A DNA stretch of 40,969 bases from Candidatus Staskawiczbacteria bacterium RIFCSPLOWO2_01_FULL_43_17b (GTDB taxonomy: Bacteria > Patescibacteriota > Minisyncoccia > Minisyncoccales > Staskawiczbacteraceae): positions 1-40,969 of the forward strand of contig MHPC01000002.1 of NCBI GenBank assembly GCA_001820305.1, in the 5' to 3' direction. Position numbers and translations under genes: made by a program. The notes under the pieces are model-generated. The model was given only the letters and a program-made list of their open reading frames with translations. It had not been told where the DNA came from and did no database searches. Each line of letters begins with the position of its first letter. The first letter of the stretch is position 1. This document shows positions 32,208-40,815 of this stretch, piece after piece.

Positions 32208-33067
32208 AAACATTAAAATATTATTTTGCAAAAGCAAAAAAAGAAAAGTTTGCTATCGGGCAGTTTAATTTTTCGGATTGGTCGCAGGTGAAGGGGATTA
32301 TAGCGGCGGCGGCGAATTTAAAATCGCCGATTATTTTGGGTACCTCCGAAGGTGAAAGCAAGTTTGTGGGCTCACAAGAGGCGGTGGCCATGGTGAAAAT
32401 TTTGCGTAGAAAAACGGGGTTGCCTATTTTTTTGAATTTAGACCACGCTAAATCTTTTGAATATATTAAAGAAGCTATTTTGGCGGGTTACGACATGGTA
32501 CATTTTGACGGGTCAAAGTTGCCGTTGGAAGAAAATATAAAAATTAGTAAAAAAGTGGCGGCACTGGCCAAAAAGCATGGCGTGGTGGTGGAAGGGGAAG
32601 TGGGCCGGTTTGGCACCGATGCATCAAGGCTGTATAAAGAAAAATTTGAAATAAAAGAAGAAGATTTGACCAGCTCGGCTGATGCCCAGCTTTATGTTAA
32701 AAAAACCGGGGTGGATGTGCTGGCAGTTTCGGTGGGAACGTTTCATGGCATAGACAATTCCGGGGCTTCGCCCAATATCCGGCTGGAGCGGTTAAAAGAA
32801 ATTGCCGAAAAGGTGGCCTTACCACTGGTGTTGCATGGAGGATCTGGCACGCCCGAAAAAGATGTTGCGCAAGCCATTGGCCTTGGCATTTGCAAGATTA
32901 ATATTAATACCGATATTCGGCTAGCGTTTTCCGCCAGGCTGCGCAAAATGCTGGAAATAAATAAAGACGAAATTACTCCGTATAAATATTTGGCTGAACC
33001 GATTGAGGCGGTGCGGGCGGTGGTGGAAGAGAAAATCAAGCTGTTTGGTTCTGTTTCAAAAGCATAG
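32204..33067 (+). CDS. fba: class II fructose/tagatose-bisphosphate aldolase
   Basis: FAIGQFNFSD, LNLDHA (Zn ligand), VLHGGSGTPE blocks. Confidence 0.8.
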   Translation: MKTLKYYFAKAKKEKFAIGQFNFSDWSQVKGIIAAAANLKSPIILGTSEGESKFVGSQEAVAMVKILRRKTGLPIFLNLDHAKSFEYIKEAILAGYDMVHFDGSKLPLEENIKISKKVAALAKKHGVVVEGEVGRFGTDASRLYKEKFEIKEEDLTSSADAQLYVKKTGVDVLAVSVGTFHGIDNSGASPNIRLERLKEIAEKVALPLVLHGGSGTPEKDVAQAIGLGICKININTDIRLAFSARLRKMLEINKDEITPYKYLAEPIEAVRAVVEEKIKLFGSVSKA

Positions 33068-33188
33068 AAACTCTTTACAGGAGGGAATAAGTATAGTAAT
33101 ATCCTGAGTAATGGGGGCTGGTGCATCCAAAAGGTACGTGCTTTGTGGCACGGGTGAGGCACCAGCTTCCATCCTTTTTAAATATAAT

Positions 33189-33887
33189 ATGATTTCATTA
33201 CAAGCAAAAACCAGGAAAGAATTTGGAAAGAAAACCGGATCCATGAAAGCCAATGGGTCTATTCCTGCCGTGGTGTATGGTCCCGGGGAAAAGAATTTTT
33301 CCATTGAAGTTTCAGAGAAAGATTTTAAAAAAGTGTTTGCCAAAGCCGGCGAAAGTTCTTTGGTTGAATTGCATATTGAAGGCGAGTCTGCCAAAAAACC
33401 CGTGTTAATCCACGAAATCCAAAAAGATCCGGTTTCAGATTTGATCATCCATATTGATTTTTACCAGGCCGATTTGAAAGAGGAGGTGCAGGTGGCCGTG
33501 CCCCTTGTGTTTGAAGGGGTGGCTCCGGCTGAAAAAGAATTGGGCGGAACGTTGAATAAAAATATGTTGGAGCTGGAAGTAAAAGCTTTGCCTACTAATT
33601 TGCCCCAGGAAATTAAAGTTGACATTTCAGGGCTTAAAACCTTTGAAGACCATATTTTGGTGAAAGATCTGGCCATTCCTGCCAACGTTACGGTGATAAA
33701 AGCCGGTGACGAAATTGTGGCTGCGGTGCTGGCTCCGGTAAAAGTGGAGGAAGAGTTGGCCGCGGAAATTACTGAAAACGTGGAAGATGTGGAAAAGGTA
33801 GAGAAAGAAAAGAAGGAGGAAGTGGTAATTGAAGATCCCGATAAAGCAAAGGCTCCAAAAGAAGAAAAACCAAAAGCCGCCCAATAA
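33189..33887 (+). CDS. rplY: 50S ribosomal protein L25 / general stress protein Ctc, with acidic/Lys-rich C-terminal extension
   Basis: LQAKTRKEFGKKTGSMKANGSIPAVVYG N-terminus; start at ATG 33189. Confidence 0.8.
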   Translation: MISLQAKTRKEFGKKTGSMKANGSIPAVVYGPGEKNFSIEVSEKDFKKVFAKAGESSLVELHIEGESAKKPVLIHEIQKDPVSDLIIHIDFYQADLKEEVQVAVPLVFEGVAPAEKELGGTLNKNMLELEVKALPTNLPQEIKVDISGLKTFEDHILVKDLAIPANVTVIKAGDEIVAAVLAPVKVEEELAAEITENVEDVEKVEKEKKEEVVIEDPDKAKAPKEEKPKAAQ

Positions 33888-33972
33888 TATTGGGCGAGTC
33901 GCCGAAGGCGAACCTCGCTGATGGCGGGCCTCGCCCTATGGGGCGGGAAGAAAAAAAGTAATATTTTAAGCA

Positions 33973-34000
33973 AAAAGGCGCCCCGCGGGGCGCCTTTTTG
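33973..34000 (+). terminator. rho-independent terminator (AAAAAGGCGCCCCGCGGGGCGCCTTTTTG)
   Basis: perfect GC hairpin flanked by A- and T-runs. Confidence 0.8.
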
Positions 34001-34042
34001 CTGCCATTTGACAAGGTTTTTTAGAATAGTTACAATAAACCC

Positions 34043-35425
34043 ATGAAGTATAAAATACTGTTATTTTCGTTATTGGTTTTTTTAGTCCCAGCGTTTGTGG
34101 CCGCTGAAGATTTGGAAGCGCTTTGCGCTCAAATTTCAAGTTCAACTGCCAGCTGTCAGAATTTAAGCAGCGCCGATTGTCGCGCTACCCTTGAAAAATG
34201 CGCGGCGTATTATGATGCCCAATCTGCCGAAATTGCCAAAGACCTTACCAAAACCGCCGCCCAAAAAAATACCCTGCAAAACGCGGTTTCCGGTTTGAAG
34301 AAAAAAATCACCAGCCTGGAAGGCCAGATCAATAAAGGAACCTTGATGGTCAAAGGTTTGAACTTGCAAATAAATGATACCGCAGTTTCCATTAATAAAA
34401 CCGAAGTGAAAATAGAAGATTCCCAGCAGCAGATTATAGGCATTTTGCGCGCCATTTACCGGGAAGATAAAAAACCTTCATTGGTAATTTTGTTGGAAGG
34501 GGATTTGTCTGATTTTTTCAGCAACGTGGCGCACCTGGAAAATTTAAACGCCAAAGTTTCAGACTTGCTGGAAAGCACCACTAATTTGAAAGAATACCTT
34601 CAAGGCCAAAAAACTAAAATGGACAGCGAAAAAACCCAGCTGCAAAAAACCATCCAGATACAAAATTTGCAAAAAAAGGAAAATGAACAAAATAAAAAAC
34701 AGCAGGAAACCAACTTAAAGCTTACGGAGGCCCAATATCAAGCCCAGCAAAAAGAAAAAGCTACGGCTGACAAAAATGCTTCCGCCATCAAGGCCAGGAT
34801 CTTTGAATTGGTGGGAGTTTCCAATGCGCCCACCTTCGGCCAGGCCGTTGAAATTGCCAAGTATGTTTCCGGTTTGACCGGTGTGAGGCCGGCACTGCTT
34901 TTGGCAGTGTTAACCCAGGAGTCCAGCCTGGGTAAAAATGTGGGGCAGTGTTATGTGACAGACCTTGCTACCGGAAGCGGCACCAATTTATCCGGGACGG
35001 CGGCGCGCCAACGGGTCATGAACCCAAAAAGCATCCCGACGTTTATCACGTTAACGGAAAGTTTGGGCATGGATTACAAAAAAACACCGGTGTCTTGCTG
35101 GATTCCCATGTATTCGGGTGGCGTGCCGTATGGTTGGGGTGGAGCCATGGGGCCGGCTCAATTCATTGCTTCCACTTGGAGTTTATATAAAGAAAAAGTG
35201 GCTCAAATTATCGGAATGGTAGCCAACCCGTGGAATATTCGCAATGCGTTTTTGGCTTCGGGGCTTTTGCTCAAAGATAACGGAGCGTTGACCAGCGAAT
35301 CGGTTGCGGCGGCAAAATATTATTGCGGGGGAAATTATAGAAGGTCTGAATGCAAAACCTACGCCAATTCCGTATTAAGATACGCGGCGCAGTATGAGGC
35401 GGATATCAAAGCGATCGGGGGGTAG
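34043..35425 (+). CDS. secreted coiled-coil protein with C-terminal lysozyme-like / lytic transglycosylase-type domain
   Basis: signal peptide; long coiled coil; C-terminal LLLAVLTQESSLGKNVGQCYV...GWGGAMGPAQFIASTW resembling SLT/lysozyme-like catalytic region. Confidence 0.55.
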   Translation: MKYKILLFSLLVFLVPAFVAAEDLEALCAQISSSTASCQNLSSADCRATLEKCAAYYDAQSAEIAKDLTKTAAQKNTLQNAVSGLKKKITSLEGQINKGTLMVKGLNLQINDTAVSINKTEVKIEDSQQQIIGILRAIYREDKKPSLVILLEGDLSDFFSNVAHLENLNAKVSDLLESTTNLKEYLQGQKTKMDSEKTQLQKTIQIQNLQKKENEQNKKQQETNLKLTEAQYQAQQKEKATADKNASAIKARIFELVGVSNAPTFGQAVEIAKYVSGLTGVRPALLLAVLTQESSLGKNVGQCYVTDLATGSGTNLSGTAARQRVMNPKSIPTFITLTESLGMDYKKTPVSCWIPMYSGGVPYGWGGAMGPAQFIASTWSLYKEKVAQIIGMVANPWNIRNAFLASGLLLKDNGALTSESVAAAKYYCGGNYRRSECKTYANSVLRYAAQYEADIKAIGG

Positions 35426-35466
35426 TTTGAGGGATAGTTGTCCTTTGTCATTTTAGGAGGATTTGC

Positions 35467-35634
35467 ATGAATGCAATGTATTGGATTGTCTCTTTTCCCT
35501 TACTTTTGGTCTCGGCTTTTTTGGGATTATTTTGGGATGTGAAAGCGCCCAAAAAGAAACTTCGGGTAGCCGGTGGCGGCCGAAATCGCACCAAGGTAAA
35601 AAAACCTTCACCTTGGTCCAAGGATGAGTTATAA
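35467..35634 (+). CDS. small membrane protein (55 aa) missed by the >=60-aa ORF track
   Basis: AGGAGG 7 nt upstream of ATG; MNAMYWIVSFPLLLVSAFLGLFW TM then basic tail KAPKKKLRVAGGGRNRTKVKKPSPWSKDEL; followed by hairpin+T-run (35706-35745). Confidence 0.5.
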   Translation: MNAMYWIVSFPLLLVSAFLGLFWDVKAPKKKLRVAGGGRNRTKVKKPSPWSKDEL

Positions 35635-35767
35635 AACAGTTCATTGAATCACCGGCCTGTCGGTGAAACGGTAGCTTCTGCAAGGAGTGAAAAGAAGCGC
35701 CGAGCCGCTCCCGGATTGCTGTGCAAGGCATCCGGGAGTTTTTAATTACTGCGAATTAGAATATGTT

Positions 35768-35811
35768 AAAAAAATGAGCCGTTTCGCTTTTGCGAAACGG
35801 CTCATTTTTTT
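35768..35811. terminator. bidirectional terminator (A7-TGAGCCGTTTCGC-tttt-GCGAAACGGCTCA-T7) between convergent genes
   Basis: perfect 13-bp stem flanked by A-run and T-run. Confidence 0.8.
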
Positions 35812-35812
35812 A

Positions 35813-36607
35813 CTAGACCCTAGACCCTTCTTTTTTCTGCTCTTCCTCGAATTTCTTAAAGGCTTTGAAAATGGGCTCCATTTTGCCCTCTACAATATCT
35901 TCCAAATTATGCCAGGATTTTTCTATCCTATGATCGGTAATTCTATTTTGCGGGTAATTATAGGTTCGGGTTTTTTCAGAACGCTTGGCCCAGCCAATTT
36001 GCTCCCGGCGCGCTTGGGTTAATTTTGATGAATCGGCTTCTTGCTGGGCTTTCAAAAGGCGCGCGCCCAAAAGCCCCATGGCATTTTCTTTATTTTGCAG
36101 CTGGCTTCGTTCTGTTTGACTGGTCACCACAAGACCGCTGGGGATATGGGTGATTCTAATGGCAGATTCAGTTTTATTTACGTGTTGGCCGCCAGCGCCT
36201 GAAGAGCGGTAAGTGTCTATTTTAAGATCAGAAGGATTTATGGTAATGTCCATTTTGGTGGGTTTTTCTAAAACGGCAATGGTTACCGTTGAAGTGTGTA
36301 CACGCCCTTGTTTTTCGGTGGCTGGAATACGCTGAACCCGGTGCACCCCGCTTTCATATTGCATGGCTTCAAATGCGCCCGAGCCGGAAAGTTCAAACAC
36401 GATTTCTTTATAACCCCCCACATCTGAAGTGTTGGAATCGATGACTTTATTGCCCCACCCTTGGCTAGTGGCATATTTTGAATACATCCGGTATAAATCA
36501 CGCACAAAAAGCCCAGCTTCGTCTCCACCGGTCCCCGCGCGAATTTCAATAATCACGGATTGCTTTCCGCCCCCACCCGTTTGTTGTTGATATTCTTGAT
36601 AATCCAT
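35813..36607 (-). CDS. prfA: peptide chain release factor 1 lacking the N-terminal domain 1 (264 aa)
   Basis: PAT tripeptide (RIPATEKQGRVHTS), GGQ (SGAGGQHVNKTES), begins at EIRAGTGGDEAGLF (domain 2); in-frame TGA 5 codons upstream of ATG and only about 75 nt to next gene. Confidence 0.8.
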   Translation of the reverse strand: MDYQEYQQQTGGGGKQSVIIEIRAGTGGDEAGLFVRDLYRMYSKYATSQGWGNKVIDSNTSDVGGYKEIVFELSGSGAFEAMQYESGVHRVQRIPATEKQGRVHTSTVTIAVLEKPTKMDITINPSDLKIDTYRSSGAGGQHVNKTESAIRITHIPSGLVVTSQTERSQLQNKENAMGLLGARLLKAQQEADSSKLTQARREQIGWAKRSEKTRTYNYPQNRITDHRIEKSWHNLEDIVEGKMEPIFKAFKKFEEEQKKEGSRV

Positions 36608-36684
36608 GGATAAAATATATCATAAAGACTTGATTTTGGAAAGAAAGCTTGCTATTATTGTAAATATTTCATATAATACTAACC

Positions 36685-36954
36685 ATGAAAGCAGACATCC
36701 ACCCAATTTATTTTCCAAAAGCAGGTGTTAAGTGCGCCTGCGGTAATTCGTTTACGGTTGGATCAACCAAAGAATTTATTGAAACTGAAATTTGCGCCCA
36801 GTGCCACCCTTTTTATACTAAGAAGGAAAAGGTGATGGATACCTTGGGCAGGGTACAGAAATTCAAAGACCGGGCCGCCAAGAAAATTGATAAGCCAAAG
36901 AAAGTAAAAAAGGTTAGGGAAGAAAAAGATAATAAGGCGACACTAATCAACTAA
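36685..36954 (+). CDS. rpmE: 50S ribosomal protein L31
   Basis: [10 protein letters not shown]...CACGNSF...CAQCHPFYT zinc-ribbon type L31. Confidence 0.9.
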   Translation: MKADIHPIYFPKAGVKCACGNSFTVGSTKEFIETEICAQCHPFYTKKEKVMDTLGRVQKFKDRAAKKIDKPKKVKKVREEKDNKATLIN

Positions 36955-37655
36955 TGACATCCGAATCTACTAATAACGTAAAACTTAACGCGGATGATAT
37001 GGCCAAAGCCGGCCTGAATTTTGGTCATACCGTTTCCAAGCTTCATCCTAAAATGAAGGCTTTTGTACAGGGCGTTAAAAGCAATGTCCACATGATTGAT
37101 ATGGAAAAGTCCGCCAAAGAATTTGATTTGGCTTTGAAATTTATTTCCCAATTAGTTGCCGAAGGAAAAACATTGCTGTTTGTGGGAACAAAAATACAGG
37201 CAAAAAATTTAACCAAAGTAGCGGCGGTGGAAAGCGGTATGCCATATGTTACCGAACGGTGGCTGGGTGGAGCCTTTACTAATTTTGAAACCATTTCAAA
37301 ACGGGTGGCTCACTTGAAAGACTTGGAAAGCAAAAAAGCCAAAGGTGAATTTGAGAAATATACCAAATATGAACAGATGATGCTTAATGAAGAAATCGCT
37401 TCGCTGACCACGAAATTTGAAGGCATCAAAAATATGGCAAAGTTGCCGGAAGCCGTTTTAATTTTAGATTTAAAAAAAGACATTGCCGTAGCGCGTGAAG
37501 CAAAACGCAAGGGTATTAAAATTGTGGGCATTGTAGACACCAATATTGACCCGGCTCTGGCCGATTACGCCATTTATGCCAATGATGACGCCGTTTCTTC
37601 TATTGGATACGTGCTGGAAAAAATCAAAGAAACTATATTAAGTGCGAAACCCTAA
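36954..37655 (+). CDS. rpsB: 30S ribosomal protein S2
   Basis: AGLNFGHTVSKLHPKMKAFV..., LLFVGTK, conserved S2 blocks. Confidence 0.9.
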   Translation: MTSESTNNVKLNADDMAKAGLNFGHTVSKLHPKMKAFVQGVKSNVHMIDMEKSAKEFDLALKFISQLVAEGKTLLFVGTKIQAKNLTKVAAVESGMPYVTERWLGGAFTNFETISKRVAHLKDLESKKAKGEFEKYTKYEQMMLNEEIASLTTKFEGIKNMAKLPEAVLILDLKKDIAVAREAKRKGIKIVGIVDTNIDPALADYAIYANDDAVSSIGYVLEKIKETILSAKP

Positions 37656-37760
37656 ATCCGAAACCCTAAACTCTAAATAAATAAAAAATTCAAAATAAAA
37701 AACGTTTTGAGTTTAAATATTTGAGTTTATTTAGGATTTAGAGTTTAGTGTTTAGAATTT
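37656..37760. repeat. intra-operon palindromic repeat (CTAAA-type; exact 25-mer shared with 6227-6328)
   Basis: CCCTAAATCCGAAACCCTAAACTCTAAATAAAT...TTTAGGATTTAGAGTTTAGTGTTTA fills rpsB-tsf spacer. Confidence 0.7.
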
Positions 37761-38210
37761 ATGATTAATATCGAAGATATTAAGAGATTGAGAGATGAAA
37801 CCGGTGCCTCGCCGGTGAAAATTAAAAAGGCCATGGAAGAGTCTGGGGAAGATGTTCAAAAAGCCAAGGAATTGTTGAAAAGCTGGGGAGCGGTAAAAGC
37901 CGGTGAAAAAGGAGGGCGCGAAACCCATGACGGTGTGATTGATTTTTATATCCATCCTAATGCCAAGTCCGGCGTACTACTGGATATCCGTTGTGAAACT
38001 GATTTTGTGGCAAAAAACCCCGATTTTAAAAGCCTGGCTCACGAAATTTGCCTGCACATTGCCGCCATGCAGCCTGAAAATGTTGAAGCCTTGCTGGCGC
38101 AATCCTGGGTAAAAGACGATGCCAAAACCATTAAAAGTTTGATTGAAGAAACAGTAGCTAAAATAGGGGAGAATATTACTGTGAAACAGTTTGCACGCTT
38201 TGCGATATAA
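37761..38210 (+). CDS. tsf: elongation factor Ts (short form)
   Basis: UBA-like N-terminus IKRLRDETGASPVKIKKAMEESGEDVQKAKELLK followed by dimerisation core. Confidence 0.85.
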   Translation: MINIEDIKRLRDETGASPVKIKKAMEESGEDVQKAKELLKSWGAVKAGEKGGRETHDGVIDFYIHPNAKSGVLLDIRCETDFVAKNPDFKSLAHEICLHIAAMQPENVEALLAQSWVKDDAKTIKSLIEETVAKIGENITVKQFARFAI

Positions 38211-38213
38211 TCT

Positions 38214-38525
38214 ATGCTTACACTCATCATATCCGGTATTTTTTTTATTTCAGTTTTGGGAGTTGCATTCATTTTGTTTAGAAAAATTCCGGTATTGGTG
38301 CAGCTACCCCAAAACGGTCATCATGGAATTAAAAAGCCGCAGCTGATTGCCAACATTGAAAAAACACTGAAAGCCCACCATTTCCACTTTTTTGAAAAAC
38401 AGATGCTGCTGCAAAAATTATTGAGTAAATCTCGGATTTTGATATTGAAAGCGGAGCGGTGGATTGACGTGGCTTTACGCGGAATACGCAAAAAGGCACA
38501 AGAGTTGGATGAGAAGAAAAAGTAG
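38214..38525 (+). CDS. hypothetical membrane protein
   Basis: 103 aa, N-terminal TM LIISGIFFISVLGVAFILF; no motif. Confidence 0.4.
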   Translation: MLTLIISGIFFISVLGVAFILFRKIPVLVQLPQNGHHGIKKPQLIANIEKTLKAHHFHFFEKQMLLQKLLSKSRILILKAERWIDVALRGIRKKAQELDEKKK

Positions 38526-38539
38526 ATTACGCGGCCCAC

Positions 38540-38611
38540 GCCGATGTAGCTCAACAGCAGAGCAACACTTTTGTAAAGTGAAGGTTGTGGGTGCAACTCC
38601 CTCCATCGGCT
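38540..38611 (+). tRNA. atypical tRNA-Thr (anticodon TGT)-like gene: D-loop lacks GG, T-loop TGCAACT lacks U55, no CCA
   Basis: acceptor GCCGATG/CATCGGC, D-stem GCTC/GAGC, anticodon loop TTTGTAA, T-stem GTGGG/CCCTC (one mismatch). Confidence 0.45.
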
Positions 38612-38619
38612 CAAAGGTA

Positions 38620-38647
38620 TTGACAACGGATTTATTTAGACTAGAAT
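38620..38647 (+). promoter_or_regulatory. sigma70-type promoter (TTGACA - 16 nt - TAGAAT), upstream rRNA promoter P1 candidate
   Basis: consensus hexamers; followed at 38719-38765 by hairpin CCGCAAAG...CTTTGCGG + T7. Confidence 0.45.
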
Positions 38648-38789
38648 ACAGTTATATATTATTAACAATTAAACTTGCAAAATAATATTTTATAAAACTT
38701 AGAAGTTTTTAAAAATATCCGCAAAGGTTTACAAAATTTTGTATATCTTTGCGGGTGTTTTTTTCAGAAAACGCAGCACGGAAAGAATT

Positions 38790-38818
38790 TTGACAATTAT
38801 AGGCCCTCATTTTAGATA
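38790..38818 (+). promoter_or_regulatory. sigma70-type promoter (TTGACA - 17 nt - TAGATA), rRNA promoter P2 candidate
   Basis: consensus -35; about 385 nt upstream of 16S 5' end; leader is GC-rich. Confidence 0.45.
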
Positions 38819-39276
38819 GCCATCTTGAAATGAGGGAGGTAAGTAGCAAGTGAAAACCAAGCACTCATTTTTGTACATTAAGCCAGGGGGTGGATTGCGT
38901 GTCGTTGGCACGAGCGGCGGCACCTTTTTCGGTTGCGCCTAGGGTCAGGGTAACGGGAAAAGAACCAGTAATAATCGTGACTGGACAGTTCACCTCTTGT
39001 AATTTTCAGGGAAAAAGGAATGGGCTGGCCAGCCTATTGGCGCTCCGGGTTCAGTTTCGTTAACTGACGACGAGGTCTTCCACGCGGCCCATTTCCTCTT
39101 TTTTCAATGTGTCCAAAAATGAGTGCTCGGTAAAGTAACTTGTTTAAAATTAGTTTTTGAAAGTTGTTTCGAATAAGCTTAATACGTGCTTAACGTATAT
39201 ATTATTTGAGAGTTTGATCCTAGCTCAGGGTGAACGCTGGAAATGTGGATACCGGCATGCAAGTCAAGGGGCCCAG

Positions 39277-39543
39277 GGATGTAGACTCTGAACGCGAATC
39301 TAAATTGAGAAGCGAAAAAATGTGATAATTTCAATGTTTCTTGCGACGAAATGTAGTGACTACTACATTGAGGAGTAAAAACGAAGAAATTAGCCATTTT
39401 TTCGCTTCCCTTCGGGCTTTCATATTTTGATTATCTTCTGCGTCTTCGGAGCTTAACGATGCCTACAGCATCGCTTCGCTCCTCAGTTCTTGAATATAAT
39501 CAAAATATGGAAGCTCAATTGATTCTGTTCAGAGTCTACATCC
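39277..39543 (+). other. about 267-nt intervening sequence in 16S helix 6 closed by perfect 17-bp stem GGATGTAGACTCTGAAC/GTTCAGAGTCTACATCC
   Basis: E. coli has about 35 nt here; AT-rich interior with several CGCTTC-containing hairpins; no ORF. Confidence 0.6.
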
Positions 39544-39933
39544 TTAAGGCACCGGCGAACGGCTTAGTAACACGTGGATACATACCGCAAAGTGGAGCAC
39601 AGCTCGTCGAAAGACGGGGTAATTCTCCATAATCCCGCAAGGGTAAACACGCAAGTGGCTTTGTGAATGGTCCGCGGTCTATCAGCTAGTTGGTGAGGTA
39701 ATGGCTCACCAAGGCTATGACGGATAGGGGGCGTGAGAGCGCGACCCCCAAGAATGGCACTGCGACACGGGCCATACTCCTACGGGAGGCTGCAGTCGAG
39801 AATCTTCCACAATGGACGAAAGTCTGATGGAGCGACATTTCGTGATGGATGAAGCCCTTCGGGGTGTAAACATCTTTTATGCGGGAAAAAATTATTGATT
39901 GTACCGCATGAATAAGGGGGTACTAATTCTGTG

Positions 39934-40815
39934 ACCCGCAAGGGTGGTGCAGAATATTCGCAGTAATGCGGATAAAGCAAACTTGGCTCATATGCTGGAA
40001 CACCTTGTGTGTCCGCTAACTCCTTTCATTTTTGAAAGGCGCGCACAAGACAATCAGCAGGGAAGCTGATATATGTTATAATAAACATATATTTAGCCCC
40101 TCAGAGACTGAATCCGAAAGGATGAAATGGTGGCATATAACCCACCATTATACGCCGAGCTCCTGGTTTTTAATCAGGATGATGGGATAGTCCAGTGGCA
40201 CATTATCGTATATGGAAACAAAGGCGCGAGCAATATTAATTGGATTAATTCTTGGAGATGGATATTTAACAAAGCCGTTTGGTAGCAGTACCAAATCTAT
40301 GCTGGATATTAAATATCATGAGAAATCTTTAGAGTATCTTCAATGGATGCATAAAGAGTTACAAGAATTACAACTTTCTGAAATCAAAAAGAAAAAAGGG
40401 GCTTCCCAATATCGGTTTTATACTAAAACCAGAGATGATATTGGCCGGCTTCATGAGATATTTTATCCTGGCGGAGTCAAACATATTCCAAAAGGTATTA
40501 CTAAATATCTTAAAGATCCGTTAACTTTGGCCGTGTGGTATCAAGATGACGGAAAGCTAGATTTCAGGAGCAAATATCATTCCAATTCATTATTTGCGAC
40601 ATATTGTTTTCCCTACGATGAATGTGAATTATTAGCTAATGCATTGCGTGTAAATTTTGACTTAGATGTGCGAGTCTGCAAATGTCAAATGCGTGGAAAA
40701 ATGTATTATTCTTTATATGTGACCTCAAAAAGCATGGATTTATTCATGCAGATTATTGAGCCACATATACAGAAATGCTTTTACTATAAATTAGTAAAGT
40801 ATCGCAAATAACTAG
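39934..40815 (+). mobile_element. intron/intervening sequence in 16S (within GTG|CCAGCAG, E. coli about 515) encoding a LAGLIDADG homing endonuclease
   Basis: conserved 16S sequence resumes at GCCAGCAGTAGCGGTAATAC (40815); exact boundaries ambiguous by 1 nt because of G at both junctions. Confidence 0.7.
40212..40811 (+). CDS. LAGLIDADG homing endonuclease (double-motif)
   Basis: LIGLILGDGYL and LAVWYQDDGKL motifs; 199 aa; stop 4 nt before 3' exon. Confidence 0.85.
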   Translation: METKARAILIGLILGDGYLTKPFGSSTKSMLDIKYHEKSLEYLQWMHKELQELQLSEIKKKKGASQYRFYTKTRDDIGRLHEIFYPGGVKHIPKGITKYLKDPLTLAVWYQDDGKLDFRSKYHSNSLFATYCFPYDECELLANALRVNFDLDVRVCKCQMRGKMYYSLYVTSKSMDLFMQIIEPHIQKCFYYKLVKYRK

